Virus record (IMG/VR): IMGVR_UViG_3300025305_000009
Source: an uncultured virus (IMG/VR IMGVR_UViG_3300025305_000009)
Lineage: Duplodnaviria > Heunggongvirae > Uroviricota > Caudoviricetes
Reading direction: 5' to 3' (one strand)
Length of the DNA: 64,000 nt
The notes under the pieces were generated by a model that worked only from the letters and a program-made list of their open reading frames with translations, did not search any database and was not told the DNA's origin. Every line of letters begins with the position of its first letter. The stretch's first letter is position 1. Shown here piece after piece: positions 10,298-20,297 of the stretch. Position numbers and translations under genes: made by a program.

Positions 10298-10476
10298 GGT
10301 ATTTTCCTTGCTTCATAATCATGTTTTCTACCTTTCCAAGCATAGTTCAAATCATCTGCTCCTTTTACTGCGTCACGACGCAACTTAAACCTTGATTTTC
10401 TGCTAGGACCATCTAACAACCATGTTTGAGTAGACTTTACCCAAACACCCCAAGGTTTAGATTCTCTTTTTGCCAT
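10294..10476 (-). CDS. Small basic hypothetical protein
   Basis: 60 aa ORF coupled to dUTPase and the DUF1599-like gene. Confidence 0.55.
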   Translation of the reverse strand: MAKRESKPWGVWVKSTQTWLLDGPSRKSRFKLRRDAVKGADDLNYAWKGRKHDYEARKIP

Positions 10477-11024
10477 TACAATTTCCCAGTACTACCAAAT
10501 CCGCCAACTCTATTGGTAGATTGTTCTGGTTGTATTATAGTCTCTTTCAAAGAATAGTCAAGTGTTTTTACCAATTCTCCCTGCGCAATTCTCTCGCCAT
10601 GTTTGATGTGAACCATGTCGGCACTGGCGTTATAGAGCATCACAAACGTCTGGTGATAATAATCAGAATCAACAATTCCTTCGCTGTTTGGCATAATCAA
10701 TCCCTGCTTGAGAGATACACCCGACCGTGAATGGAGGCGAACAGAGTATCCTTCTGGGATGTCAAAGATAAGTCCCGTTGGAACAAGGACTCTTTCTGCT
10801 GGATGAAGTTCAACGCCAGTATAGAATGTGCTTTTTTCGCCTGCCCACATCTTGACTTCTCGTTCTTCCTTCTTGTTGTCCATTGTGTAGACTACTACCT
10901 TTGGATTCGGTCGTGACGAAACGATCTCCTCTCCAAAATGTGCATGAATGTCAAAACAGGCTGCGCCATGAGTAGCAAATTCTGGCGTAATGACATCTTT
11001 ATACAATTTGTAGTATTTTAGCAT
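10476..11024 (-). CDS. dut: Trimeric dUTPase
   Basis: AACFDI, RSG, GIVDSDY, RIAQ, RVGGFGSTG motifs. Confidence 0.95.
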   Translation of the reverse strand: MLKYYKLYKDVITPEFATHGAACFDIHAHFGEEIVSSRPNPKVVVYTMDNKKEEREVKMWAGEKSTFYTGVELHPAERVLVPTGLIFDIPEGYSVRLHSRSGVSLKQGLIMPNSEGIVDSDYYHQTFVMLYNASADMVHIKHGERIAQGELVKTLDYSLKETIIQPEQSTNRVGGFGSTGKL

Positions 11025-11060
11025 AATATAAATCCTTTAAATTGACCCACAGAAATTCTT

Positions 11061-11579
11061 TCAACCAAGTTGCTCCCACACGCCAATCCAATTGCAATGT
11101 GGTGTATATTTTCCAATAATAAATTCATCATACTCTTCTTTTGTCATACTGGGATGTTTTGTAGTCCAAGTATCAAACCACCCACAATCAAAAGTCTGTG
11201 TTGGGTTCCACGTTTCAATATCATCATGAACTAAGATGATTGTATCATCTTTTGGACAACTATTCCAGACCAAATCTATAACTTCTTGATGTTTTTCAAC
11301 TATTGTCACAGTGTTGACGTTTGAATTGTCCATTAGTTTTTGAATTATAAATCCTATTCCTAGCCCGCCAATCAAAACATCCCCCGTTGCATTATCCCAT
11401 AATGGTTGATGTTCGTTATATTCGTCTGGTGTGTCTTGCATTATATTATCGATTGCATCATCTACCAAAACTGTATATGTGTCTTGAGGGACACTACGAC
11501 CTGCAAGAAAGTCTGTTGTTCTCTTTTCAATTGAAAAGTTACCGTTTGTGCCTTCTGGAATGTCAAATGTTAATTTCAT
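11061..11579 (-). CDS. SAM-dependent methyltransferase / spermidine-synthase-like Rossmann protein
   Basis: DVLIGGLGIG motif I, acidic TIVEK, HDDI, FDCGWFD. Confidence 0.7.
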   Translation of the reverse strand: MKLTFDIPEGTNGNFSIEKRTTDFLAGRSVPQDTYTVLVDDAIDNIMQDTPDEYNEHQPLWDNATGDVLIGGLGIGFIIQKLMDNSNVNTVTIVEKHQEVIDLVWNSCPKDDTIILVHDDIETWNPTQTFDCGWFDTWTTKHPSMTKEEYDEFIIGKYTPHCNWIGVWEQLG

Positions 11580-12289
11580 CCGTATGACTTTACGATAACT
11601 TTACCATTTGCACCATCCCCACCATCGTTGCTGCCCAGTTGCACGCCATTTGATCCACCCCCACCACCGCCTGGTACTGTTCCATTCTCAGCATCGGACG
11701 CTTGGCCTGGGGAACCACCACCACCCGCTCCTCCATTTGGGTCAGCACCATCACCACCATCGCCGCCTGCGTCGCCACTTTTGTCATCACCCGCTTCTCC
11801 GTTTGTGTTTGTGTCTCCGTTGGTTGCCGTCCCTGCCGCGCCTCCAGCAGAGTCGGTATCACTTTCTCCACCACCACCTCCTCCTGCACTCACAGAAGAA
11901 AATGTTGTTATGGTTGTTGTACTTCTTTTATGTGTGTCTAGTGTTGTGTTTCCACCTGCTGAACCTGCTGTGCTTGCACCACCACCACCTCCTCCTACAG
12001 CAACGGTAAAATTTAGAGTATCGCCCGCTCGCATGTCTGCGGCACCATAATATGTTTTTTTGAGGTATGCTCCTCCTCCACCTCCGCCTCCAGCGTAATA
12101 ACTAGATCCTCTGCCTCCTGCCACTGCCTTTGTTCCACCACCACCGCCGCCGCCACCCCAGCATTCAATTTCAAGATAACGAACCCCAGCAGGAATACTT
12201 AAAACCCGACTGCCGGTAGAAGTTATCACATTAGTCTGTAAGAGTTGATATTCTCTTGTACTTGTTGCTCTACTTGCACCTAAACTCAT
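11576..12289 (-). CDS. Glycine-rich virion/fibre-associated protein
   Basis: IECWGGGGGGG...GGGGGGAY...GANGKVIV architecture typical of phage glycine-rich proteins; coupled to the fibre gene. Confidence 0.7.
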   Translation of the reverse strand: MSLGASRATSTREYQLLQTNVITSTGSRVLSIPAGVRYLEIECWGGGGGGGGTKAVAGGRGSSYYAGGGGGGGAYLKKTYYGAADMRAGDTLNFTVAVGGGGGGASTAGSAGGNTTLDTHKRSTTTITTFSSVSAGGGGGGESDTDSAGGAAGTATNGDTNTNGEAGDDKSGDAGGDGGDGADPNGGAGGGGSPGQASDAENGTVPGGGGGGSNGVQLGSNDGGDGANGKVIVKSYG

Positions 12290-13584
12290 GAGAAATTTAT
12301 TCCTCCAACGAATCCATAGACGGTTGTTCCTGCATCTATCGTCATAAACGAAAGAATGTCCACACCAGATGATGTGAGTGCAGGTGCGTTATCTCCGGGC
12401 CATTTTATATTGGCATCCCATGTTGTTGTATGTGCGCCACCATTTGTGATGATGAGAGTAACCGTTCCTGCAATACCAGTTGCGGGCCAATTCGTCACAT
12501 CAAAGTCGCAGTCACCACCAACAGTTACAGTCTGAACATTACCATCCTCGACATCGATGGTTGTGTCATCAGTTATAGTTCCAATTGCATTTACAGTCTC
12601 AGCATAATCTTTAAGTTTTGGTCTTACTATTTCAGTATCGGCAAAGTTTGTGCCTTGAGATGTGATATTAATATAATCGGTTCCACCTGCGGCCATAGTT
12701 ATTTGGTCTGTTTGGAAATTTATGTATGTATTGGTATCGTTTTTATGTCTAAGTTTTGCATCAATCTCTACGATGGGGGTGTTCAGTTCAATTTCGGTGG
12801 CTGCATTCAAGGTAATCTGTGAATGTGTATCCTTGATATGGATATCAGTTGCATTGCCCGCACTTTCGCTGTCGCCAATATAAACATTTGTACCAGTTTC
12901 TGCGTCAAAAATAGATTGACCAGATGAATTTCTAATGTGATAATTACCACTAAATTTTATATCACCACGAACAGTTACTGCATCAAATGTTGCACCACCA
13001 CCCCCAAATGTAACTCCACCGAAATTGGCATAATTAGATGTTCCATGAAGAAATTCATTTCCGCCTGCAACCAATACGACATCATCTGTTGTATATTCTA
13101 AATAAGTATCTGAATCACCCAAATGCTCAAGTAATTGTTGTATTTCAAGAGTCTGAGATCTGACTTGAATGGTATTAAGACTAGTATCAAACACAAGTCT
13201 ATCATCATTCGAAGCAGCACCAATGAACCCATCATCAGGAAGTATAAAATTAGCAGCAGAAACTTGGCCACCAAAGGTTGCACCCTGGCCAACATATAAT
13301 CCACCAGATGCAGTAATACCCCCACGAACATCCAAAACTTCTGTTGGGCCAGATGTCCCAATACCTAATCTTTCATTTGTGTCGTCATAGAAAATTACAT
13401 TGGTTGCACCCTGAATGTTGGAACCTTTTTCATAGTAATATGCAACCTCGCCGGTGTTTCCCTCTACATTGCCAGTCTCGGTTGCGGCACTTCTTTCCCA
13501 TGCATCACCATTCCACTTCCATGTTTTGGTTTCATAAGTGTAGGTAGCATTTACTTCTGGCGATAATGGAAAATTAATAGGCAT
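12286..13584 (-). CDS. Putative tail fibre / virion structural protein
   Basis: N-terminal INFPLSP...TWKWNGDAW, RLGIGTSGPTEVLDVRG fibre repeat, beta-rich C-terminus (IKWPGDNAPALT..GVDILSF); late-promoter-like site upstream. Confidence 0.75.
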   Translation of the reverse strand: MPINFPLSPEVNATYTYETKTWKWNGDAWERSAATETGNVEGNTGEVAYYYEKGSNIQGATNVIFYDDTNERLGIGTSGPTEVLDVRGGITASGGLYVGQGATFGGQVSAANFILPDDGFIGAASNDDRLVFDTSLNTIQVRSQTLEIQQLLEHLGDSDTYLEYTTDDVVLVAGGNEFLHGTSNYANFGGVTFGGGGATFDAVTVRGDIKFSGNYHIRNSSGQSIFDAETGTNVYIGDSESAGNATDIHIKDTHSQITLNAATEIELNTPIVEIDAKLRHKNDTNTYINFQTDQITMAAGGTDYINITSQGTNFADTEIVRPKLKDYAETVNAIGTITDDTTIDVEDGNVQTVTVGGDCDFDVTNWPATGIAGTVTLIITNGGAHTTTWDANIKWPGDNAPALTSSGVDILSFMTIDAGTTVYGFVGGINFS

Positions 13585-13602
13585 ATATGTTTCTCTTTAT
13601 AG

Positions 13603-13610
13603 TATTTATC
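13603..13610 (-). promoter_or_regulatory. T4 late-promoter-like site (GATAAATA)
   Basis: ATAAATA core ~20 nt upstream of the fibre gene ATG. Confidence 0.55.
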
Positions 13611-14697
13611 AAAATTCTATCCATACAGATTGAGCATTAGAATATGTAAATAGTTTCCCTGAGTCTGTTTCGTGCCATCTATCACCATCGGATGGGCTTG
13701 ATGGTGGAGTAGTAGATTCATTATATGTTCCTGTATCTGTGAATGTTAATTCTATATCTTTTCCTTTTCTTTCTAAGGCAACTCCACTACCTTTAAAGAT
13801 TAGGTCTGAAACCGATTTCAATAAGTAAAGATTATTAGAACCTGTTCTGTCTCGTACACCAACAGCACCACCACCTGCAAGTGCAACCCAATCTATATTT
13901 TGTGCTTGTGCTGGAGGAACACTGAATAATTTTTCAAGAGTTTTTGTATCTATTCTAATCCTTTTCTTATCTTTATCATATTTCAATGGGAATTGTGCAA
14001 CAACAATAGCATCTTCGCCCACATCTCCTTTGCTGCCCTGTTCGCCTTTCAGACCATCAATTCCTTTGAGACCAGGTGGACCTATTGTACCGGGCACACC
14101 TCTTTCGCCCCTATCACCTTTTGGACCTTTTATGCCCTTTAAACCTTTTAAACCTTGCTTTCCTTGTTTTCCTTGTTTTCCTTCTGCGCCCCGTTCCCCC
14201 CGTTCGCCTTGAATTCCTTGTTCGCCTTGTTCGCCTTGAAGTCCAACATCACCTTGAACTCCTTGTTCGCCTTGAAGTCCAACATCACCTTGAACTCCTT
14301 GCTTGCCTTGAATTCCTTCTTCACCACGAACCCCCTGCTCGCTTTGAACTCCTTGTTCGCCTTGAATTCCTTGTTCACCCTGAGTCCCCTGCTCGCCTTG
14401 AATTCCTTGTTCACCCTGAGTCCCCTGCTCGCCTTGAATTCCAACTTCACCCTTTATTCCTCTGGTGCCGGGAATACCGTCATTTCCCCTTTCTCCTCGG
14501 GGACCGGGAATACGAATATTCTTTAAAATAGATGTTTTGTTTTCTTCTGGTAATAATTCAACTGCTTCATTAATAACCTCTGGTGTTCTTTTTTTGAACA
14601 CTTTACGTCTTTGTGCCTCTGATAGCAAACTACGAGAAACTTTAGTATCTTCGTTCTCTACGTCTGATTTACGAAGATAATCATTAAATTTCTTCAT
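13609..14697 (-). CDS. Collagen-like (Gly-X-Y) virion protein
   Basis: Over 50 Gly-X-Y triplets (GPR...GDV) with one G-to-S interruption; C-terminal PSSPSDGDRWHETDSGKLFTY...W module. Confidence 0.85.
   Translation of the reverse strand: MKKFNDYLRKSDVENEDTKVSRSLLSEAQRRKVFKKRTPEVINEAVELLPEENKTSILKNIRIPGPRGERGNDGIPGTRGIKGEVGIQGEQGTQGEQGIQGEQGTQGEQGIQGEQGVQSEQGVRGEEGIQGKQGVQGDVGLQGEQGVQGDVGLQGEQGEQGIQGERGERGAEGKQGKQGKQGLKGLKGIKGPKGDRGERGVPGTIGPPGLKGIDGLKGEQGSKGDVGEDAIVVAQFPLKYDKDKKRIRIDTKTLEKLFSVPPAQAQNIDWVALAGGGAVGVRDRTGSNNLYLLKSVSDLIFKGSGVALERKGKDIELTFTDTGTYNESTTPPSSPSDGDRWHETDSGKLFTYSNAQSVWIEF
14225..14442. repeat. 36-bp tandem duplications within the collagen coding region
   Basis: ccttgttcgccttgaagtccaacatcaccttgaact at 14225-14260 and 14261-14296; gccttgaattccttgttcaccctgagtcccctgctc at 14359-14394 and 14395-14430. 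Confidence 0.9.
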
Positions 14698-14710
14698 GAT
14701 ATAGACTCCA

Positions 14711-14851
14711 TCATATAAAGATAATCTGAGTTTTATCTTCCTGCTTCAGTGTAATTGAAAATACTCTATAAGAAAATGAAGTAGAATGCTTTACATTTAC
14801 AACTTTCGTTGATTTTTTCTTTATTTCTCTTTTTGTGATTTTGATTTTCAT
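14711..14851 (-). CDS. Small basic hypothetical protein (46 aa, MKIKITKREIKK...)
   Basis: Manually read; ATG overlaps the upstream stop (ATGA) and fills the gap before the collagen gene. Confidence 0.45.
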   Translation of the reverse strand: MKIKITKREIKKKSTKVVNVKHSTSFSYRVFSITLKQEDKTQIIFI

Positions 14852-15273
14852 CTTGTTACCTCGCCAGGAACATCAAATCTACCTTCTGTTAATCTGGTAA
14901 TGGCTCCAGTTGGTGTGTATTTTATTTCAATGTCATAAGAATGTTTTCCTGTCGGGAAAAAAGAAGTCGCAGTAGCCCCTGCAATTAGCAAAATACCACC
15001 CGTTTGGCTTCCACTGTTTCCAGCATTTCTATTCAAAAATAAACCACCAGTAATACCACCAGTACCACCAGAACCAGTCATACCTGAAGTGATACCTGAA
15101 GTGTTACCACTATATAAATGAAGTATGTTTGTATCGCCTAAAAAGGTTCTCTTTACCTTCATTTCTCCAGTATATGAAGACAAATCTATAGCCGAATCGT
15201 TTGTGTCGGTATATAGAAGATGTAGATTAAGAGTTTCCCCTTGATTTGCAGTTATATCGTACCGTGCTGTCAT
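14848..15273 (-). CDS. Putative virion structural (baseplate/fibre adaptor-like) protein
   Basis: DITANQGET...AIDLSSYTGEMKVK...YDIEI...RLTEGRF pattern common in T4-like structural proteins; contains a GxT-rich loop. Confidence 0.6.
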   Translation of the reverse strand: MTARYDITANQGETLNLHLLYTDTNDSAIDLSSYTGEMKVKRTFLGDTNILHLYSGNTSGITSGMTGSGGTGGITGGLFLNRNAGNSGSQTGGILLIAGATATSFFPTGKHSYDIEIKYTPTGAITRLTEGRFDVPGEVTR

Positions 15274-15317
15274 AGAATAACTCCGTAGTTTATATTAATA
15301 TATATGCTCCACTGAGT

Positions 15318-16616
15318 TTATCGTTTTACTTTTTGACGTTTCTTGCCCTTGTTGGGTTTAGTCTTTGTGCTTTTCTTTTCCTTTATAATTTTATTTTTCT
15401 TTCTCTCTCGCCTTTCTCCCATTTCATGAACTTGTTGATCAATTTCCATTTGAGTCTGTTGGGCGTGCATTTGGTGTATTACCTTTTCATATTCATGGAG
15501 ATTTGCAGACACCCTATCCATATGTGCATCTGGAACTAATTTCTCATCTACTAATTTTTTACATGCATGATACCCGATGTGCGGTTTTCCTGCATAATAA
15601 GCACATGCACCTACTTCATCTAAAACTTGATATTTATAAACATCCTCACTTATAAACAATATGTCCTGTTGTGGGTATGGAATTTCTAATGCCATCCGCG
15701 CAAATATAAACCCGAGTCTTGGTTTTTTATGAACTTCTCTATATAATCTTGCAATTTGATACAAAGGCTCTGCCCGAATCGGACGAAAATCATATGCATC
15801 CAAAAACGCTTGTTGAATTTCCATCCAGGGTCGTTCTAAAATAGCCCTTATCATTGCAACTCTGTATAAAGAATAATATGCCTCCTCTTCCCATCCACCC
15901 ATTGTTGATCTTTTTAAATATGCTTCTAATGATTTTTCAAACTGCTGTGAATCAAAATATGATTGTGCAAGATAAAACTGATATCTAGCATTATCTGGTT
16001 CTTCTTTCATTGCTTCTTTTAATTCTTTTGCATCTCTGGTATATTTTTCTATTACATCAATACCAACATTTCTTGCACCAAGAGTTCTTGCATTAATCCT
16101 ATAATCACCCATCAACCTATCAGTTTGTGATGAGGGTTTTCCTTTACATTCTGCATATTCGTGAAGAACACCAATGTATCTCCAATCAACATCCATCTTA
16201 AATATTTGGGTTCTCCACCAAACAAAATCTTCTCTTCCAATTCTAAGGCTATAGGCATCGGCATTCATGGATTCTGGATATTTGAAGTCACCTTCAACAT
16301 AGTCATCGGCATCAATAACCCATGCATAGTCTGCCTTCCCATCACAATTCTTAAGAGATTCGGTTCTGCTTCCCATCTTGCCGGAATGATCTCCAAAACC
16401 TTTCCAATCTGAAAGATATACTTCACCAGAAACACCATTCTCTTCCATAAATTCCTTAATAAGTTCTGGTGTTCCGTCTGTAGAACCCGTATCGGTAATG
16501 TCATACCGGTCGATATATGGAAGCATTGACTCCAAACACTCTTTGATGATGTGGATTTCATTCTTTACAATCATACAAAGCGTAATCGTTTTATCTTTTG
16601 GCGTTTTCTTTTTCAT
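15318..16616 (-). CDS. GT2 glycosyltransferase with TPR domain
   Basis: LCMIVKNE, DTGSTDGT, VIDADD (DxD), GVLHEY, followed by TPR-like helices (RYQFYLAQSYFD, PIRAEPLYQIA). Confidence 0.88.
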   Translation of the reverse strand: MKKKTPKDKTITLCMIVKNEIHIIKECLESMLPYIDRYDITDTGSTDGTPELIKEFMEENGVSGEVYLSDWKGFGDHSGKMGSRTESLKNCDGKADYAWVIDADDYVEGDFKYPESMNADAYSLRIGREDFVWWRTQIFKMDVDWRYIGVLHEYAECKGKPSSQTDRLMGDYRINARTLGARNVGIDVIEKYTRDAKELKEAMKEEPDNARYQFYLAQSYFDSQQFEKSLEAYLKRSTMGGWEEEAYYSLYRVAMIRAILERPWMEIQQAFLDAYDFRPIRAEPLYQIARLYREVHKKPRLGFIFARMALEIPYPQQDILFISEDVYKYQVLDEVGACAYYAGKPHIGYHACKKLVDEKLVPDAHMDRVSANLHEYEKVIHQMHAQQTQMEIDQQVHEMGERRERKKNKIIKEKKSTKTKPNKGKKRQKVKR

Positions 16617-16629
16617 AATTTATTACTTT

Positions 16630-17499
16630 CTATGATTGTTCCAACCAAGTTTTCAATTCTATGCTAGGCCCCCAATCAAAATCATTCTTAATTTTTAAAA
16701 TACTTGCACAAGAATATTTAATTTCACCTGGCCTTTGATCTATGTATGTCTGTATTGGACATATCATGTCTGCTATTTCTTGAACAGAATATTCTTGACC
16801 TGTCCCGACATTATAATACTTTCCTGTAGTATCACATTTTTCTGCCGCAGATATATTTGCCTTTGCAATATCTTTAACATGAACGAAATCTCTTGTTTGT
16901 TCACCATCTCCTACAATAGTTAATGGTTTGTTTTCATCTCTCTGTCTAGCAAACACACCCAACACAGGAGAATATTGACCTTCTGTGTGTTGTCTGGGAC
17001 CATAAACATTAAAATATCTTAAAGATACTGTATTCAGTCCATATAAATTAGAGTATATCTTACACATGTCCTCACCACATTTTTTAGAAGAAGAATATGG
17101 GTTCAGAGGTTCTTCTGGTCCACCTTCCACAAAAATTCTCCAACCCGATTTATAAATTGCAGAGGTAGAAGAAAATATAAACTTTTTTACATTGTTTAAT
17201 CTGGCTGCTTGAAGAGCAACAGCAGTTCCTACCACATTATTCTGATAACAATGTATAGGATTTTCTACACATTCTCCTATCTTAACATCAGCAGCCATAT
17301 GAAAAACATAATCAACACCTTCCATTATAGAACCTGTTGTAGATAAATCACAAACATCACCTACATGATTTTCTGCTTCTTCGTTCCAATAGCCATCTTT
17401 ATTAATATCTAAACAAACAACTTTATATTTATTTTTCAAAAGTTCTTCAATTAAATTGCTGCCTATAAAACCCGCTCCACCTGTTACCAAACATTTCAT
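16630..17499 (-). CDS. NAD-dependent NDP-sugar epimerase/dehydratase
   Basis: TGGAGFIG, SSTSAIY, YSSSK, RYFNVYGP, GDGEQTRDF. Confidence 0.92.
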   Translation of the reverse strand: MKCLVTGGAGFIGSNLIEELLKNKYKVVCLDINKDGYWNEEAENHVGDVCDLSTTGSIMEGVDYVFHMAADVKIGECVENPIHCYQNNVVGTAVALQAARLNNVKKFIFSSTSAIYKSGWRIFVEGGPEEPLNPYSSSKKCGEDMCKIYSNLYGLNTVSLRYFNVYGPRQHTEGQYSPVLGVFARQRDENKPLTIVGDGEQTRDFVHVKDIAKANISAAEKCDTTGKYYNVGTGQEYSVQEIADMICPIQTYIDQRPGEIKYSCASILKIKNDFDWGPSIELKTWLEQS

Positions 17500-18365
17500 G
17501 TGTTGTACTCCCATTCTAGCATCTGTAGTATTTTACTACACATTCCCTCCATTGTAAAGTAGTTACTGTAAACTTCCTTGATCTTGTTTTGCATCTTCTG
17601 ATATGTTTCATCATCTATAGATTCTAAAATTTCGTAAAGATTTTCAATGTGATGTTCTGTTATCAACACACAAAACTCATTCCAATTCAATTCGTGTGTA
17701 AAGGGAAGCCAAAACCTGTCACTGATGTATACGGGAACCACTCCAAGTTGCATTGCTTCGTATAACCTAAAACTGGATGCTCCGTATCCTCTAGGACAAA
17801 GAACAAATTTACTTTCCAGTGATGAATTAATAAAGTCGATGAATTGGTCTATGTGAATATTTTGGTCCCACCCCTTTGTTGAAAGATATATATCATCTTT
17901 ATCTTTCACATATTCTATCATTTTGTTTCTAACATTATGCGTTGTTGAGCCAACAAACGATGCAAGATGTTTCTTTTCTTTCTTTTCTTGTTTCGCCAGA
18001 GGACCGCATATTAAAGGAATAGGAACGATCATGTTTCCAGTTACATTTCCACCAGCAGAAAAAACAATACTGTTGGAAGGAAGAACATTCATAGGAGCGT
18101 CATCATGTTGGCAAACTGTAAAATAAGAAAGGTTAGGATTTAGAGTATTGATTTCTCTTTGTATGTCAAGAATGTCAATCCTTTCACCCCAACCATCTTG
18201 AACACCATTCACATAACAGTTTGTCCAAAAGATAGGAATGTATTGTCGTTTTAGTTTATTAAAACGGTCAATATTTCTCTGATAAAAATCAAAGAAGTGT
18301 TCTTCTAAATACATTCCTGTATGATATGGTGGATATACAGGATAAGACGGTTTAGGCCTTAGCAT
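17496..18365 (-). CDS. Exostosin-like (GT47) glycosyltransferase
   Basis: SKFVLCPRGYGASSFRLYEAMQLGVVPVYISD...LPF...LNW motif. Confidence 0.85.
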   Translation of the reverse strand: MLRPKPSYPVYPPYHTGMYLEEHFFDFYQRNIDRFNKLKRQYIPIFWTNCYVNGVQDGWGERIDILDIQREINTLNPNLSYFTVCQHDDAPMNVLPSNSIVFSAGGNVTGNMIVPIPLICGPLAKQEKKEKKHLASFVGSTTHNVRNKMIEYVKDKDDIYLSTKGWDQNIHIDQFIDFINSSLESKFVLCPRGYGASSFRLYEAMQLGVVPVYISDRFWLPFTHELNWNEFCVLITEHHIENLYEILESIDDETYQKMQNKIKEVYSNYFTMEGMCSKILQMLEWEYNT

Positions 18366-19617
18366 ACTTTTTTCTTGTGCTGTCTCCAACATAAACATAC
18401 TCCACACCATCTTGTTCTGGCATCATTCTCCAAGGATCAATTACAATAGAACCTTCTGGGAATTTATAATCTAAGAACTTATCATGATTTGTTCCTATAA
18501 AGAATACTGCTGAATTTTCTAGTGGTGGTTCACCTTCATCAATCCACGGGTCAAACATTTCAACCGAATTTATTGTTTCTAATAGAATATTTTTGAGAAG
18601 AATAGAGGGACTCCCCACAGTAAGATTTGTTTCTTTCTTGAAACACTTTCCAAGAATAATAGGATTCAAACCAGTCTCTTCTGTCTTTTCTAAAATTAAA
18701 TCTGCTAGCCATTCTGTTTGATGTTCTCTACAAATCATTAGATTTTCATACCAATCGTAACTCAAATCTAATTCTTGTGCCATCCATGACAACGCAATGT
18801 TATCTCTTGGGTGACATCCACCACCATCTCCCATTCCACCAAGAAGATACTTGGTACTAATAAGTCTTTCATTAGCAAGGAACATACCACGCATAACATT
18901 ATCGCAATTCACATTATCCAATTTATGAGCCGCTTCCATAATGACATTTGCAAGATTAATCTTCATAGTGATGTAAGTATTGTATGAAACCTTAATCATT
19001 TCGGCTTCTTCAATAGTACATTCATAAACTGGTCTATCATGAATTGTTGCATAGAATTCTTTTGCTGCCTCATATGCATCCTTATCATCAACACCAAAGA
19101 GAACAAATTCAGGATTTATGAAGTCATTAATTGTGGTTCCCATCGCAATAAAGAAAGGATTATAGCACAACTTAATTAGATTACTAAGAATTGGCTTAAT
19201 TTCTCTGCGGACAGTGCCTGGTAAAACTGTAGAGATAATGATTACAATCTTTTCGTTGCCTTGTTTATCAATTTCTTCTGATAATACTTTAAGTCCAGAC
19301 TTGAGATATGTGTAATCAAAATCTACTCTTTCATCAGGAAGTCTGGTAGTTCCTTCAAAGTAGGGGTCGTGTGGTGTTTGAATAGGAACAAAAATAATGT
19401 CCGAGTTCTTCACCATGTTCTCTACATCACAAAAGTTAATATTGTGATTTTGTAGAAGTTCTGGCGATCCTTCTTCTCTATAAGGAAGTTCCTTTGTTTC
19501 TAAAATGGTTTCCACACTACGGTCAATATCATAACCATAAATTTCATGACCCTTTTCCTCAATTGCCAAGGCGCATGGTAAACCTAATTTTCCTAATCCC
19601 ATAAATCCTATTTTCAT
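18352..19617 (-). CDS. UDP-glucose/GDP-mannose 6-dehydrogenase family protein
   Basis: GLGKLG, ISTVLPGT, NPFFIAMG, AEMIKVSYN, GGGCHPRD (catalytic Cys). Confidence 0.9.
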   Translation of the reverse strand: MKIGFMGLGKLGLPCALAIEEKGHEIYGYDIDRSVETILETKELPYREEGSPELLQNHNINFCDVENMVKNSDIIFVPIQTPHDPYFEGTTRLPDERVDFDYTYLKSGLKVLSEEIDKQGNEKIVIIISTVLPGTVRREIKPILSNLIKLCYNPFFIAMGTTINDFINPEFVLFGVDDKDAYEAAKEFYATIHDRPVYECTIEEAEMIKVSYNTYITMKINLANVIMEAAHKLDNVNCDNVMRGMFLANERLISTKYLLGGMGDGGGCHPRDNIALSWMAQELDLSYDWYENLMICREHQTEWLADLILEKTEETGLNPIILGKCFKKETNLTVGSPSILLKNILLETINSVEMFDPWIDEGEPPLENSAVFFIGTNHDKFLDYKFPEGSIVIDPWRMMPEQDGVEYVYVGDSTRKKYAKA

Positions 19618-20297
19618 TTTACTAATCCTTTTAAATCTGAATTTAATATTTTTTTTATATCAATGGGTAAATTTCTTTCCTCACAGGCCTCATATGTTCC
19701 GTTTGGAATTCCTAATGATTCTTTTACAGTGATATCATTGTGTTCATTTAAATCATTTCTGGTGTGAATAATTTCTATAAATGGAGCATATTGTTCTAGC
19801 CCAACTGATTTTGCTAATTTAGAAGTATATGCATCATTTAAAAAACAAGGGCAAAAATGACCAAGAACCTCTTGAATCTTCTTATGCATTATAGGAAAGG
19901 TATTGCCGGTTTCACTAGGTAGCCAATTTCCATTTAGCATAGTTTTTGGATTCAAAACTAGAATTTCTTCTATTTTCTGTAATTCTAAATCCCAATCTGT
20001 TTTATTAAAATATAAATCATCATTAGACAAAAACAACCAAGTACCCTTTGATTGCTCTGCTATTTCATTATAGAATCTATTTAATTCTACATATCCATTA
20101 TATCTGGGCCCAATAATCATTTTAACATTATCGTTCAATTTGTCTTTGAGATAATCCTGTGTTTCAGTATCATCTTCGTCTACTCTCATAATAACCTCAA
20201 TGCAATTTGGGTCAGAAACTGAAGTGAAAACCGTACACAACATCTTATTGAGATGTTCTACTCTTTTTCTAGTTGGCACCATTACTGTACAGAGCAT
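19614..20297 (-). CDS. GT2-family glycosyltransferase
   Basis: VMVPTRKR, VDEDD, FLSNDD, ND motif near C-terminus. Confidence 0.78.
   Translation of the reverse strand: MLCTVMVPTRKRVEHLNKMLCTVFTSVSDPNCIEVIMRVDEDDTETQDYLKDKLNDNVKMIIGPRYNGYVELNRFYNEIAEQSKGTWLFLSNDDLYFNKTDWDLELQKIEEILVLNPKTMLNGNWLPSETGNTFPIMHKKIQEVLGHFCPCFLNDAYTSKLAKSVGLEQYAPFIEIIHTRNDLNEHNDITVKESLGIPNGTYEACEERNLPIDIKKILNSDLKGLVK

Noticed and set aside
11590..12050. His/Pro-rich ORFs overlapping the Gly-rich gene
   Set aside because: Expected by-product of GGT/GGA codon runs read in other frames; no RBS or motifs.
14030..14680. Repetitive alternative-frame ORFs and possible CRISPR-like repeats
   Set aside because: Repeats are contiguous, in-frame multiples of 9 nt encoding Gly-X-Y, with no unique spacers; not a CRISPR array.
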